A stretch of DNA of 53,379 bases from IMG/VR virus record IMGVR_UViG_3300027801_000030, positions 1 to 53,379 of that record; one strand, given 5' to 3'. The notes under the pieces were generated by a model, which was not told the DNA's origin, searched no databases, and was given only the letters and a program-made list of their open reading frames with translations. This stretch comes from a virus. Taxonomy: Duplodnaviria > Caudoviricetes. Every line of letters starts with the position of its first letter. The stretch's first letter is position 1. The position numbers were made by a program, and so were the translations under genes. This document shows, in pieces, positions 20,857-30,202 of the stretch.

Positions 20857-21813
20857 TTACGTGATTATATTGGTAATATTCTTAAATTCGGCGTTTTTGC
20901 TATGAATGTCCTTCCAAATAGCAACTGTCCGATCTAGTCCCTCATCAAGAGAAACTTTCGGTTGCCAACCTAACTTTTCTGTGATTTTTGCATTAGAACT
21001 ATTCAGTATAAATATCTCACCTGGACGTTCTGGCTTCTTGTCCCAATGAACTTTTCCTTCCCAGCCAACCTTCTTAGCAATGAGGTCAACATAGTCTGAA
21101 ATCCTTATTGCATTGTCTGGTCCTAAGCAAAATATCTCGCCAGCACATTTTTCTGGATTACGGATAACTGCCTCCCAGGCATCAAGTAAGTCTTCAATGA
21201 AAATGAAGTTACGATATGGCTTACCATAGCCTAAGAATATTTCCTCTGGATTATCTAGCATCTGCCAAATAATTTGTTCTGTTACAAAAAAGTTATTGTC
21301 TTTTCTACCGTATGCATTAGTTTGCCTAATAGCAGTGAACGGTAATCCTAAACTTCTGTGTGCATACTCTAAGTATTTTTCACAGCCATATTTTGCAACG
21401 GCATATGGTGCATTTGGATTAGGTTGTGTGTTTTCAGTAAACGCAAAAATATCTTCTGGGGTATCAGTACCATCTCTGATTACATCACTGATTGGTTGCC
21501 AACCATAAACTTCCATTGTACTTGCAAACACAAAGTTTTGTAAGTTTGGTAAGGTTGCGGCGGCTTCAATTAAGTTTACAGTACCTACATAGTTTACTTC
21601 TGAGAAAACTATTTGTTCATAAAAACTATCTTCTACTTCTGTTCTTGCCGCTAAGTGGACAATAATCTCTGGATTAAACTCATGTAGTTGTGCTTTCACC
21701 TGTGCATGATCTCTTAAATCATATTCAAGAAACCCTAGTTCATGGTCGTTTTGTAAACGTTCAACCATATGTGATCCAATAAATCCGTCGTGCCCTGTTA
21801 TAAAAATTCTCAT
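20857..21813 (-). CDS. NAD-dependent nucleotide-sugar epimerase/dehydratase (extended SDR)
   Basis: ITGHDGFIG, HLAA, STMEVYG, YAVAK (YxxxK), RPGE. Confidence 0.9.
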   Translation of the reverse strand: MRIFITGHDGFIGSHMVERLQNDHELGFLEYDLRDHAQVKAQLHEFNPEIIVHLAARTEVEDSFYEQIVFSEVNYVGTVNLIEAAATLPNLQNFVFASTMEVYGWQPISDVIRDGTDTPEDIFAFTENTQPNPNAPYAVAKYGCEKYLEYAHRSLGLPFTAIRQTNAYGRKDNNFFVTEQIIWQMLDNPEEIFLGYGKPYRNFIFIEDLLDAWEAVIRNPEKCAGEIFCLGPDNAIRISDYVDLIAKKVGWEGKVHWDKKPERPGEIFILNSSNAKITEKLGWQPKVSLDEGLDRTVAIWKDIHSKNAEFKNITNIIT

Positions 21814-21820
21814 GTATTTC

Positions 21821-22390
21821 CTATGTTTTAGTTACCCACCAAGAAGAATATGCTTCATCAGTAGTGTGTAAGGTTAAGTTTTCTCGTTCTATAAATTCTG
21901 TTACTGCTGGAATAACACCAAACTCTTCAATGTGACTCCTCGCTATGTAGTCGTGTCCTGCTAGTATGCCGCCAACTTTAACTTTTGGATACCACGCATT
22001 AATTTCAGATTTAACAGACTCGTATTTGTGATCACTGTCTAAATAAACAAAGTCTATTGTGTTATCAGCAAACGTAGGTGCATAGTTGGTGCCCATTTCT
22101 CTTATTATCTTGCTGTTAGTATGACTTAATTCAGTGTTAAATGTTTTAAAGGTTTTCATGACTCTATTGTATAATTCCTCTAAGCTTCGGTTATTTTGAA
22201 ACTCGAGTAGATTAGGTTTATCGGTATATCCTTCGTATATGTCATACGGGTCTACACCATAAAACGTAGTAGGTTGAAGGTTTTTAATTATAGATCTACT
22301 ATAAGAACCTCGCCACACTCCTATTTCAAGTGCAATGTTTATATCGCCTAATTGGTGCTTGATTGTTGTTAGCAGTTGTTCTCTATCCAT
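21821..22390 (-). CDS. class I SAM-dependent methyltransferase (Methyltransf_24-like)
   Basis: LEIGVWRG, GVDPY, DFVYLDSDH.Y, GGILAGHDY. Confidence 0.85.
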   Translation of the reverse strand: MDREQLLTTIKHQLGDINIALEIGVWRGSYSRSIIKNLQPTTFYGVDPYDIYEGYTDKPNLLEFQNNRSLEELYNRVMKTFKTFNTELSHTNSKIIREMGTNYAPTFADNTIDFVYLDSDHKYESVKSEINAWYPKVKVGGILAGHDYIARSHIEEFGVIPAVTEFIERENLTLHTTDEAYSSWWVTKT

Positions 22391-22395
22391 ACGTC

Positions 22396-22440
22396 TATTT
22401 ATTCGATACTAATTCGAGTTGCCGTAAGTTCTGATAAATA
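22396..22440. promoter_or_regulatory. divergent pair of T4-type late promoters
   Basis: AATAAATA on minus (22396-22403) and GATAAATA on plus (22433-22440), each 5 nt before an ATG. Confidence 0.75.
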
Positions 22441-22445
22441 GTGTT

Positions 22446-23501
22446 ATGGGAAAGTTAAAACTATGGAATCCGACTAAGACCAATGACTATAAATTTTTTG
22501 ATAGGGTAGTTGGCGAACATCTCCACGCTGGTGGAACAGGCATTCATGTACACAAATACATGGGTATCCAAGACGTGGGTGCTTCTACAGACCCAACAAG
22601 ACCAAGTACAGACGGTGTAACGTCTGATATATTTATTCAAGACTTACTATTTCTAGAAAACAGAGATAGAAAGTACAGCGAGGATATATTCGAAATGATA
22701 GGTTCTTACCAGTTACAAGAAAGTGACGGGTTCGACTTAACACAATTTGGAGCATTCCTGGCTAACGACACAGTATTCATTAACTTCCACATTGACACAA
22801 TGATGGACACTATAGGCAGAAAATTGATGCCTGGTGATGTATTAGAGCTTCCGCATCTCAGAGATGATGCGTTATTAGGCAGTGACGAAGCTATTAATAG
22901 ATACTATGTTGTACAAGAAGGTGCAAGGCCTGCCGAGGGTTTCGATCCACGTTGGTGGCCTCACTTGTGGAGAGTTAAGTGTGGACCAATAACAGATTCT
23001 CAAGAATACAGAGATATACTCGGTACTGGAGAAGATGAAGGTGACTTACGAAATCTACTCAGCAAGTATCAAGATGAAATTATTATTAATGATGCACTAT
23101 TAGAACAAGCAGAAAATGATGTAGCACAAGACAGCCGAATGTATCAAACTGGTCACTTATATGTTGACCCTAAATCACCAGATAAAGCATACCTCGAACC
23201 AAGTGATGGGTCAGCACCAAACGGATTAAGCCTTGTAGGTAGTGGCGCATCGTTCCCAACTTCAGGTACAAGTGATGGTGATTTTTACTTGCGTACAGAT
23301 TTTTCTCCCCATAGATTGTTTCAAAAGAAAGGAACTAGATGGGTTAAATATGCCGATGACAACAAACGCACATGGGCAACTGCTAATAAAACATTAGCAT
23401 CGTTTATAAATAACGACACTTATACTATTAACAGTGACGGTGAAACTGTTAAAGAAAAAACAAATCTAAGTCAGGTGGTAGCACCTCGTACAGACACATA
23501 G
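22446..23501 (+). CDS. gp14: neck protein (gp14-like head closure)
   Basis: IQDLLFLENRDRKY, FDLTQFG.FL, GRKLMPGDVLELPH motifs; context with gp13 and gp15. Confidence 0.7.
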   Translation: MGKLKLWNPTKTNDYKFFDRVVGEHLHAGGTGIHVHKYMGIQDVGASTDPTRPSTDGVTSDIFIQDLLFLENRDRKYSEDIFEMIGSYQLQESDGFDLTQFGAFLANDTVFINFHIDTMMDTIGRKLMPGDVLELPHLRDDALLGSDEAINRYYVVQEGARPAEGFDPRWWPHLWRVKCGPITDSQEYRDILGTGEDEGDLRNLLSKYQDEIIINDALLEQAENDVAQDSRMYQTGHLYVDPKSPDKAYLEPSDGSAPNGLSLVGSGASFPTSGTSDGDFYLRTDFSPHRLFQKKGTRWVKYADDNKRTWATANKTLASFINNDTYTINSDGETVKEKTNLSQVVAPRTDT

Positions 23502-23510
23502 GAGTAGTAA

Positions 23511-23978
23511 ATGTTTGGTTTAGGAAAAGAACAAATGGACAGAGACTCAGTTTTTGAGCAACTAAAAATAGACGAAGGAGTAGTAAATGAAATTTACCTC
23601 GATCATCTCGGCTATCCAACTTTTGGCGTGGGCCATCTCGTATTGGAAAGTGACGAAGAATTTGGAGCCGAAGTGGGTACTCCAGTCTCAGAGGATAGAA
23701 CAAAAGAATGTTTTGAAAAAGACCTCGATACAGCAATCTCAGAATGTGTTGCTTTATACGGAGAAGGGTTTACTGACTGGCCTGGCGTTGCCCAGGAAGT
23801 CTTGGTTAATATGATGTTTAACATGGGTCGTGGAAGACTTGGTGGATTTAAAAACTTTAGAAAAGCTCTCGAAGAGCAAGATTGGAAACAAGCAGGAATA
23901 GAAGGCAGAGATAGTAAATGGTATAGGCAAGTTACTAAAAGAGCTGAAAGACTAATGGAACGTTTAGAACAGGTATAG
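23511..23978 (+). CDS. T4-type lysozyme (GH24)
   Basis: Catalytic E-x8-D-x5-T (DEGVVNEIYLDHLGYPT), GVGH, NMMFNMG, SKWYRQ...RA.RL. Confidence 0.92.
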   Translation: MFGLGKEQMDRDSVFEQLKIDEGVVNEIYLDHLGYPTFGVGHLVLESDEEFGAEVGTPVSEDRTKECFEKDLDTAISECVALYGEGFTDWPGVAQEVLVNMMFNMGRGRLGGFKNFRKALEEQDWKQAGIEGRDSKWYRQVTKRAERLMERLEQV

Positions 23979-23979
23979 T

Positions 23980-24927
23980 ATGACGTACAGACTAAGAGAA
24001 AGCAATTTTTTTAAAATATCGGACGAAAATCGTCCTGATCTTGCTGAGCAGTCTGACAGCCCGTTCCCATCAGAATGGGATACCCGTCATAACCCAGAAG
24101 GCTTTGTGCTTAGTATTGCAAATGCTCCCAGAAGACATCAGGATAACTTAATAGAAGAATATTCAAAAGACAAAACTGTTATAGATTTAGGAGCAGGATC
24201 AGGCTATGCAGGAATTAATGCCTTTAAACATGGTGCAAAATTTGTATATTTTGTAGAATACGATCCGCAGGCTTTCTTAATATTAGATCGTGCATTAGAA
24301 AAATTAGGATTTAGTCAAGAGCAATATCGAGTTATAAACAAAGACATAGAAAGATTAACTGTAGAAGATTTTACAGGGCCAGTTCCAGAAGTAGTGTACA
24401 GCGAATTTTACGGGCCATGTATATTTGACGAAGGTTTTGTATCTTATACTAGGCATTTAGATAAGTTGTTTCCTAATCTTTATTATGCTCCAGAATTTCA
24501 AGCCATGGAAGTTCGTACATGGGACGCTGATTATTCAGTTCCGCCGTGGCCTTACAAACGACCTGAACTATTAGAATCTTTTAAAGTGAAGTTTGCAAAC
24601 TCAGTATGGGCTTCTCAGTCCATGCCTAAGCATGATCCTATGCCTGAACCGACGCTACCTTATACAACACATGGAATGTTTTATTATAATGCAAACACTA
24701 AAAAATTAACTGAAAGTGTTACTGTAGTAACAACAAAACCTGAACAAATGATTGGTTTCTTTCCAATAGAGTTTGGTTGTCATCATGATTATTATTGGAT
24801 TAACCGTCCAAGGATTGGCTGGTGGGTTAACGAACCAGGCACTTATGTAGTCACAATGGATGTAGCTAATGCATTAAATGGTATGCCTAGAATTATATAT
24901 CCGGGAGAATTAAGCAATGGCAGGTAA
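23980..24927 (+). CDS. SAM-dependent methyltransferase with PRMT-like motifs
   Basis: KDKTVIDLGAGSG, GAKFVYFVE, and a double-E-loop-like VVYSEFYGPCIFDEG. Confidence 0.7.
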   Translation: MTYRLRESNFFKISDENRPDLAEQSDSPFPSEWDTRHNPEGFVLSIANAPRRHQDNLIEEYSKDKTVIDLGAGSGYAGINAFKHGAKFVYFVEYDPQAFLILDRALEKLGFSQEQYRVINKDIERLTVEDFTGPVPEVVYSEFYGPCIFDEGFVSYTRHLDKLFPNLYYAPEFQAMEVRTWDADYSVPPWPYKRPELLESFKVKFANSVWASQSMPKHDPMPEPTLPYTTHGMFYYNANTKKLTESVTVVTTKPEQMIGFFPIEFGCHHDYYWINRPRIGWWVNEPGTYVVTMDVANALNGMPRIIYPGELSNGR

Positions 24928-26266
24928 AAATTTAGATTATTGGTATGACGCACAGATAAAACGTTATCTGCTACAACTTGTACGAGTATTCTCAAACTTT
25001 CAAGTTAAAGAAATTGTTAAAGGTGCTGAGCGTCTTAACAGAGTTCCTGCACGATATGGTGATATCAGTAGAATGGTAGCTCATATGTTGAAAAACAATT
25101 CAGAGAATTCTGTTGCTAATGCACCACAAATTACAGTTAGTGTAGCCAGCATAGGGCAGGCTAAAGAAAGAATACAAGATCCATTCCTAGTTGATACTAC
25201 TCAAGTAGCAGAAAGAGAATGGGACGTAGCGTCAGGTAAGTATACTTCCGAGCAAGGAAACTTATATACTACACAACGTTATATGCCTGTTCCATACAAT
25301 CTTAATATACAAGTAGATATTTGGACTACTAATACAGACACAAAATTACAAATACTAGAACAAATATTTGTAATATTTAACCCTGGTATACAGTTACAAG
25401 TTAACGACAATCCGTTGGATTGGACCAGTGTGTTTGAAGTAGAATTAACAGATATAAACTGGAGTAGTAGATCATTGCCAGCAGGAACAGACGAAACATT
25501 AGACATATCAACATTAACATTTGCTGTGCCTATTTGGATATCGCCTCCTGCTAAAGTTAAAAGACAAACAATTATACAACGCATTGTTAACGACATACAC
25601 AATGTAGATAGCCTTGCTGACTTAGGATTTGATGGCAGTTATGCTGACTTCTTTGGATCAATTAACGATACTGCAAGTGTTACTGTTACACCAGGCGAGT
25701 ACAAAGTAAAAGTTATAAGTGGTGGTGCAACATTAGTTAATCCAATGAACGTTGAAGTAAAATGGGCTGACATTATAGAAATGCACGGTGAATTGAGAAC
25801 AACAAGCAGACTAGAGCTTAATATAAGTGCTGACCCTGAAGAAAGAGAGTTATTAGTTATCGGTAGTATAGCGGCTAATCCAGCAAATCCTAACAACTTA
25901 GTATTCAATGTTGATGCTGATACATTACCAACTAACTCATTAGACGCAGTAAATAAAATTATAGACCCAGGTACAAGTAGACCAGGTGATACATTAATTG
26001 CTCAAGCAACCGATCAACGATATTTACTAACAGGACCTATATTATCTACATTTGTTGAATGGGGTGGTATCACTGCAAGTGCTAACGATATTGTTCAGTA
26101 TAATGGTAGTGCATGGTCTGTAGTATTTGATGCTAGTGCAAAAATTGGCACAACTGCACTTGCAACAAATTCACATACATCACAACAGTTTAAATGGACT
26201 GGCGTACAATGGATAAGTAGCTGGCAAGGAACATATAACCCAGGCTACTGGAGATTAATACTTTGA
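24917..26266 (+). CDS. gp15: tail sheath stabiliser/terminator (gp15-like) with C-terminal extension
   Basis: YWYD.QI.RY, VP..YG, MPVPY.L, LQILEQI...FNP, LTF...WISPP. Confidence 0.85.
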   Translation: MAGKNLDYWYDAQIKRYLLQLVRVFSNFQVKEIVKGAERLNRVPARYGDISRMVAHMLKNNSENSVANAPQITVSVASIGQAKERIQDPFLVDTTQVAEREWDVASGKYTSEQGNLYTTQRYMPVPYNLNIQVDIWTTNTDTKLQILEQIFVIFNPGIQLQVNDNPLDWTSVFEVELTDINWSSRSLPAGTDETLDISTLTFAVPIWISPPAKVKRQTIIQRIVNDIHNVDSLADLGFDGSYADFFGSINDTASVTVTPGEYKVKVISGGATLVNPMNVEVKWADIIEMHGELRTTSRLELNISADPEERELLVIGSIAANPANPNNLVFNVDADTLPTNSLDAVNKIIDPGTSRPGDTLIAQATDQRYLLTGPILSTFVEWGGITASANDIVQYNGSAWSVVFDASAKIGTTALATNSHTSQQFKWTGVQWISSWQGTYNPGYWRLIL

Positions 26267-26685
26267 TTACGGCGGCAGGAGTTGTATTTTTAGCTAAAGA
26301 CACAGGCAGATGTTTATTGCAACTTAGAAATAGTGACAAGAGATTTAAACACACATGGGGGTTTTTTGGTGGGCTGATCGACAAAGGTGAGACTCCGTTT
26401 GAAGCACTTCAACGAGAATTAATAGAAGAAATTGGATTTATGCCTGCATTGAATAAACTTAACCCAATTGATGTCTACGAAAGTAGAGACAAACACTTTT
26501 ACTATTATAGCTTTGCGGCAGTTGTTGAAAAAGAATTTTCGCCAACGCTTAATGACGAAAGCTCAGGGTACGCATGGGTAGACATAGGCAGATGGCCTCA
26601 ACCAATGCACCAAGGAGCTAAAGCAACACTAAACAGAAACGGCGGCACCGACAAACTACACAGGATTTTAGAAGTTAATAGTTAA
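26263..26685 (+). CDS. NUDIX hydrolase
   Basis: Nudix box GG.IDKGETPFEALQRELIEEIG. Confidence 0.9.
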   Translation: MITAAGVVFLAKDTGRCLLQLRNSDKRFKHTWGFFGGLIDKGETPFEALQRELIEEIGFMPALNKLNPIDVYESRDKHFYYYSFAAVVEKEFSPTLNDESSGYAWVDIGRWPQPMHQGAKATLNRNGGTDKLHRILEVNS

Positions 26686-26701
26686 CACGTAGGAGTGTAC
26701 T

Positions 26702-27322
26702 TTGTCAACGATCATAGATTTTATATGTATTAGGATACAGTCTGAGCTTGAAAAATATGCTAAGACAAGTACGTTGCCTGCTGGACTTTTAGACGGTGTT
26801 TTTACTATAGATGATATAGAAGGGTGTATGCAACACTTTACTGCAAGACAAACTAGAATTGCTAGGAAAATAATAAAAGACTACAACAAGCGTACAGGCG
26901 AAAGTTTAGAATCGCTTAAAGAAGCACTTAAAAAAGAATATACTGGCCTAGTAAAAAATGCACGAACTAGAGATCCTCAGTTTTCATTTCCACAAATACT
27001 TAGAAAATACAGGGCAGACATAAATCCAATTAGAGCATTATATTACGACGCAAGAGATATGGTTAGACGTTATGATCCTACTAGTGAACATCACGTATGG
27101 TTAAGTGGAGTAGTAACTGATTTACAGTTTAGTAATGCATTACTTGATGCTTTAGAGTCAGATCTCAAAAAGATAGAGAGATTTATTAAACGATACTACT
27201 GGCCTATCTTACAGCACGACCCATCTATTCCATTAGAACTGTTTCATGCAAGACAAGTAAGCAAAGACGGAAAATTCTATGCACAGTTTTTCTTTGATTT
27301 GCAATCTTGGGAACCTGAATAG
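26702..27322 (+). CDS. hypothetical protein
   Basis: 206-aa ORF with TTG start and SD AGGAG. Confidence 0.7.
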   Translation: MSTIIDFICIRIQSELEKYAKTSTLPAGLLDGVFTIDDIEGCMQHFTARQTRIARKIIKDYNKRTGESLESLKEALKKEYTGLVKNARTRDPQFSFPQILRKYRADINPIRALYYDARDMVRRYDPTSEHHVWLSGVVTDLQFSNALLDALESDLKKIERFIKRYYWPILQHDPSIPLELFHARQVSKDGKFYAQFFFDLQSWEPE

Positions 27323-27325
27323 TAA

Positions 27326-27661
27326 TTATTTAATACTTTGTAGTATGCTGTATTGCGTTTCATACGCATCATTATGTTTCATCTTTAACACTTTAACAGG
27401 AACATTATTAATATTTAATATATTGTTTACCTGTTCACGATCTTCCTGGAATGGATCAAACCCCATAGCATCCATATTTGTGCTTTGCATATCATCCTGA
27501 CTAACATAGTCATCTTCTAAATGAATGAAATCCAATGCTAATTGTCGATTCTTAGTATGCTTGAATATTACGTTAGCTAAGTCTCTGTGACTTATCCACT
27601 GTTCTTCTTGTAGAGTTTGGGCACTCTCAATGAGGTTAATATATTTTCGCATGTCGTCCAT
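27326..27661 (-). CDS. small probable capsid-internal protein
   Basis: N-terminus MDDMRKYINLIES resembles a capsid-targeting leader ending in L-I-E; late promoter 5 nt before the ATG. Confidence 0.5.
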   Translation of the reverse strand: MDDMRKYINLIESAQTLQEEQWISHRDLANVIFKHTKNRQLALDFIHLEDDYVSQDDMQSTNMDAMGFDPFQEDREQVNNILNINNVPVKVLKMKHNDAYETQYSILQSIK

Positions 27662-27675
27662 ACTGTTATTTATCG

Positions 27676-29733
27676 TTATTTGCTTGTAGCTATAAATACG
27701 CCATTCCAGTCTTTAGGCAAGTCTTGTGTTAATTGAAATTCACAGCGTTCAATCCACATAGCATAGTAGCCTTTCATTTTGCCTTCAAATGCATCTGTTA
27801 ACTTTTCGCATAAGTTAATTGCTCTATTAAACTCCTGATTGAGATAATGATTATACATGTCTTCGTGCATCTGTTTTGCTTTAGCATACTTAGTTTTCTT
27901 AATATCAAGTACTGTGTATATTTCTATACCGACTGTTTTTCCTTTTACTGCTAAGTCGTCTACTTTTAGATAAAAGAAATCGTTCTTAGTATGCTTATAT
28001 GTGTCGCCGCCCACAAGGAGTAAACAGCCATACTCTTTACATTTGCTTTCTATCCTCGCGGCAGTACTAACTGCATCTCCGAGTATGTCATATGAGTGTC
28101 TTGCAGTAGAGCCCATTTCCCCAATATAGCCGAGTCCAGTATTAATACCAGCACCCATACCAATAGGTGGTCTGCCTTCTTTAACAATTTTATTATTAAA
28201 CTCTTCAACTGCTTTAAGCATTAACAGTCCTGTTTGGACTGCACTCTTAGGATGGTCTGGATCATCCATAGGAGCATTATGTATATGCATACTAGCATCG
28301 CCGATGTACTTAATCACCATACCGTCTGCATCAAGTATAGGTTGTGTTATTGCATCCATATACCCATTCATTATTTCTGTTAACCCTTTAACATCATCGC
28401 CAAAGCTCTCGCCTAGCGGAGTAAAGCCACGCAAATCTGAGAAGCATATACTTACTTCTTTTTTCATTCCGTCTTTGATTAGTCCTGGATTTTCTTGTAG
28501 CATACGCACTACTGTCGGAGAGGCATATCCTGCAAATTGTTTTTGTATCTCGGCTCTTAGTTTAAATTGTACATAGAAGTTGTTAAACGACGTCTGTGTG
28601 AACACTAGGAACCCTGCTAGTACCGGGAAGGTAGCATCAAACAATACTAAGTTTGCTGTATAAGAATGTATACTATAATACACAATTCCTCCTAATACAG
28701 CAATAACAGTTGGCATACTTGCCCATATAGGTGCTTTATATACTACAGTCATGACTAATAGCATAGTCAACAACGCACACAGAAGCTCTGTAACAGCACT
28801 TAGCTGGCTACGGGTTATATTGGCCCCACTTATAATATTCTGTAGCATTTGGGCTTGTATATGCTGTGGATAGAGGTTGCCTCTTGGTGTTGCTACAGGG
28901 TTTGCAATACCTTCTGCTGTTACTCCTACAATAACAAACTTTGCACCCATATCTGGTAAACTGGTCGCATCTGTGTATTCTATTTCTTCAAAAGTATTGT
29001 TAAAGCGAATGTAAGTTGTGCCGTTTGGTTGGGTTACAATAGGATCGTACGGAGGAACTGCAATCTCTTGCACCCCTATTTCTGTTGTTTTAATTATATA
29101 ACTAGGCTTGCCTGAATTTACTCGCAACATCTCTATAGCAAAACTAGGATATAGTTTACCTTCTACTCCTATTGCTAATGGATATGTTCTTGTTTGGTTG
29201 TCTGGCTGTGGTGCAGATGCGTTAACACCGATCCCTTGTGCTGGTTGCTCTAAAAGGTTTATATTCGTTACTAAGTTTGGCCATGTTAAGATAAAGTCCT
29301 GTGCTGGTAAAGGTCCTATTGTGCCTGTACCAATGTGAGGACCTGTAGTTTTGACTCCTTTGGAACTTGGGGTTTGGGATAAAACTATGCCGTTGCCTTG
29401 TATCCATGATGCAAATACCTCGTCTCCGTTGAATCTATCTTGCTCAGGAAACATAATAGTAAATCCTATTATGCCTTGATTCTTTTGCCTGATATCGTGT
29501 AAAAGTTGAGCATACGTTGTTCTAGGAAAAGGATACTGTCCTAGCGTTGCTAAACTTTTTTCACCTAAGTTAATTATAACAACGTCTTTACTGTCTACTA
29601 TAGTATCTAACTGCTGGTAACTGTCAAACACCTGTCCTCTTAGACTTTGTAAGGGGATAGGATCGAATATTTTTAGTACTGTTAGAAGTACTATCGTCAA
29701 GAATACTGCATAACTACTATATAACCATTTCAT
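27676..29733 (-). CDS. CHASE2-domain class III adenylate cyclase (membrane-bound)
   Basis: N-terminal TM, CHASE2 motifs (GQYPFPR..YA.L, F.EQDR, PS.A), three TMs, then FSDLRGFT, KYIGDA, GINTG, GDAVSTAARIES, VKGK. Confidence 0.92.
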   Translation of the reverse strand: MKWLYSSYAVFLTIVLLTVLKIFDPIPLQSLRGQVFDSYQQLDTIVDSKDVVIINLGEKSLATLGQYPFPRTTYAQLLHDIRQKNQGIIGFTIMFPEQDRFNGDEVFASWIQGNGIVLSQTPSSKGVKTTGPHIGTGTIGPLPAQDFILTWPNLVTNINLLEQPAQGIGVNASAPQPDNQTRTYPLAIGVEGKLYPSFAIEMLRVNSGKPSYIIKTTEIGVQEIAVPPYDPIVTQPNGTTYIRFNNTFEEIEYTDATSLPDMGAKFVIVGVTAEGIANPVATPRGNLYPQHIQAQMLQNIISGANITRSQLSAVTELLCALLTMLLVMTVVYKAPIWASMPTVIAVLGGIVYYSIHSYTANLVLFDATFPVLAGFLVFTQTSFNNFYVQFKLRAEIQKQFAGYASPTVVRMLQENPGLIKDGMKKEVSICFSDLRGFTPLGESFGDDVKGLTEIMNGYMDAITQPILDADGMVIKYIGDASMHIHNAPMDDPDHPKSAVQTGLLMLKAVEEFNNKIVKEGRPPIGMGAGINTGLGYIGEMGSTARHSYDILGDAVSTAARIESKCKEYGCLLLVGGDTYKHTKNDFFYLKVDDLAVKGKTVGIEIYTVLDIKKTKYAKAKQMHEDMYNHYLNQEFNRAINLCEKLTDAFEGKMKGYYAMWIERCEFQLTQDLPKDWNGVFIATSK

Positions 29734-29748
29734 AGTTATATTTATGTA

Positions 29749-30201
29749 TTATTCAACGTCGTTCAGTGGATTTTCTAGTATAGTTGTTATTTTTTCTTCT
29801 AACTCTTTACGCATTTCTCGTTGTTCGGAATCCATCTCTTTAAAACGTGTATTCATATCACGTTCCATAGCATACACATCATTTCTAATTTCTCTTTGTG
29901 TGTCTGCCGATGTCTTTTCAGTTTCCCTTGCTAAGTCCATTGCTACTTTAGTTTCATCTCTTGCGGCATTAATATCTTCCCTTAAATCAGTTTTAATGAT
30001 TTCTGTGAGTTCTGTTAGCCTAACTAACTCTGCCTGAATTGCTTCTGGTTGTAAGTTTGCTAATGTTTCTTCTGCTTCAAGCAAACGACTATAAAGTTCA
30101 AAGCCTCCCCATAGCCCACCAATTAGTGTACCTAGCAACGGAAGTATAAACATCATTTTACTGCCACTCATCTTTACTCCACCAACATCTATCTCTGCCA
30201 T
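29749..30201 (-). CDS. single-TM coiled-coil protein
   Basis: Hydrophobic FILPLLGTLIGGLWGGF followed by a long charged heptad region ending ILENPL. Confidence 0.75.
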   Translation of the reverse strand: MAEIDVGGVKMSGSKMMFILPLLGTLIGGLWGGFELYSRLLEAEETLANLQPEAIQAELVRLTELTEIIKTDLREDINAARDETKVAMDLARETEKTSADTQREIRNDVYAMERDMNTRFKEMDSEQREMRKELEEKITTILENPLNDVE

Positions 30202-30202
30202 T

